Source: Eledone cirrhosa (taxonomy: Eukaryota). From it: a stretch of 64,000 nucleotides of DNA. The notes beneath the pieces are model-generated. The model was given only the letters and a program-made list of their open reading frames with translations. It had not been told where the DNA came from and ran no database searches. The position numbers and the translations under genes are program-made. Of this stretch, positions 62,186-64,000 are shown one piece after another; within the stretch, counting starts at the first letter, position 1, and the number at the start of each line of letters is the position of its first letter. The stretch is taken from positions 53,940,001 to 54,004,000 of the forward strand of contig OZ024740.1 of assembly GCA_964016885.1 (NCBI GenBank). The letters are read 5' to 3'.

Positions 62186-64000
62186 TAATAATAATAATGA
62201 TTTCATTTATTGGCTACAAGGGCCGACATATAGGGGACAATACAAAAGACTGGGACAGTGGAGTTTTACAGAAAAATCGAGTAAACAATATAAATAAACA
62301 AAGTGACAATAACAAAGTAACAATAAAGTAACAATAAAATAACAAGAAAAAATTACCCAATAGGGGGGATGACCACCCAGGGTTTGCTCAGGTACCCCTC
62401 CAATCCTGAACGACCCGACGTTTCGAGAGCACCCTGGAAGGGCACCCCTCTCCTCCTCAAATTTACCTACCTACAGCCGCAAGACCAGAGTAGGCCCACT
62501 CACACGGGCCATTCTCGCCACATTCACCACCCACCTTTCAGCAAATGTACTGGGGGGCAGCACTTCTCTCTCCTCCCTCACCTTCCTTTCCAAGTGAAAC
62601 TTGAAAAAGTTGATGAGGGATTGGCCGAAGAGAAAAATGTCTGTCTTCAGTCCTTTCAACTTCGTCCACCATATAACCTCTTTCGCTACTGCCACCAGAC
62701 AGAGGAAAATTGCCTGCCCTTCCTGGCAGGTCCGTCTGACAGCACTTCCGTGCCTGTAGAGTTTATCTCGAACCGGCAGTGCCCTCGGGTAGCACTGCCA
62801 AGCGAGGGATTTTTTGAAATTATTCATCGTCCCCGGCTCGAAAGTCCTCCGGTACAGACTGGTTAGTTCGACTTCGTTGACTCCCAGAGCCTCTCCGAGT
62901 GCGTCGTCGCACTTGTCCACCACTAATCCTCTATAGAAATCGAGAGTGGAAGTTTCACTGACCGCATTGCCTGCCTGGTAGAGGGCAGTGAGTGCCTGGC
63001 AACATTCCAGATGCCAGTCACCCAGTCTCGGTCTCTTCTTGACCCAGGACTGCAGCTCAGTCAAAGAAACGAGCTGCGGAAAGGCCCGTCTGACAAACGG
63101 CGACCACACCTGTTCACCGTTTAGGCAGAATATCTGGAGATGCCGCAGCCTCAGCGCGTGCCGGCGCATCATTAGCCACGGCATGCCCAGCCCTCCACGT
63201 AAAGGGTGCTGGCAGCAGATGGACCGCCTCACCAGCGGAACCTGACCCCTCCACATAAATTTGAAGAGGAGCCGCTCCAAGATGGCGAGGCGCGAACGGG
63301 GCAAAGGACGACGGTCAGACGGACGCGTTCGCCACCTTCGCCCGACCTTTCAGTGATAGCTTCATCCCAGCCCATTTCTGGGTGAGACTGGCTACCCTGC
63401 CCGTCACCTCTTCCCAATTCTTATACACCTGGAGGTCTGGCCCGAACCAAACCCCTAGCAACTTTACCGGTCCGTCCGTCCAGCGCCTAACGACGCTGTT
63501 GGACGGCATAGACTTTCCGCTCCAGGTGCCGAGTTGCAAGCCCACCGACTTTTCCGGGTTAAGTTTTGCTCCCGTCAACCTTTCATATTCCTCCAATAAG
63601 TTGCTGACCCCCTCTATTTCTGAGGTGTCCGTCACCATCACGGTGATGACGTACGCATAAGCCGACACAGCCTTTCCGCGTCCCGGTTCGAGCTGGATGC
63701 CCTGCAATAGCTCCAGCTTCCACAGTAAAGGCTCGAAAGTCAATACGTAGAGAAGGGAGGAGACAGAGCACCCTTGACGGACCGATCGGTAGACCTGAAA
63801 TGGTTCCGAGAGGTCGCCATTAATTTTGACCATCGAGCAAGTGCCGCTGTGCATTGCAGCGATCCAGCTTCTGAAGACGGGGCCGAAGCCAGCCGCCTTG
63901 AGGACAGCGTCCAGGTACCGATGGTCGACCCTATCGAATGCTTTCGATTGATCTAAATTGATCAGAGCCCCACCGAAGCCAGGTTTACACCCAACCCTCT
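62186..64000 (-). mobile_element. 3' portion of a second Tx1/L1-clade LINE (RT to 3' UTR), running off the window
   Basis: LDQSKAFDRVDH, VRQGC, KLLGVWFGPD, RGGLGMPW; homologous to 51360-53300; (TAT)n tail. Confidence 0.92.

Overview
Very AT-rich, microsatellite-laden eukaryotic DNA with one assembly gap (4876-5075). The SINE types and repeat style suggest a cephalopod such as octopus (inference). Almost all ORF-track entries are (TA)n/(CA)n artefacts. Real content: (1) a Penelope-like element (PLE; RT plus C-terminal GIY-YIG, Hydra-clade-like) with an open but 5'-truncated 759-aa ORF and an inverted terminal copy; (2) a near-full-length frameshifted Tx1/L1-type LINE plus the 3' part of a second; (3) relics of R4/Dong, RTE, RTE-X and CRE LINEs, many tRNA-derived SINEs and possibly DNA transposons; (4) a possible host first coding exon. 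The most striking signal is about 16 type I hammerhead-ribozyme (HHR) cores plus several decayed ones. They belong to unrelated short elements with PLE-like tandem/inverted architecture that sit in (TA)n tracts. They include an unusual HHR with a ~116-nt stem II in the PLE terminal repeat. All folds were read by eye; no folding or database searches were run.
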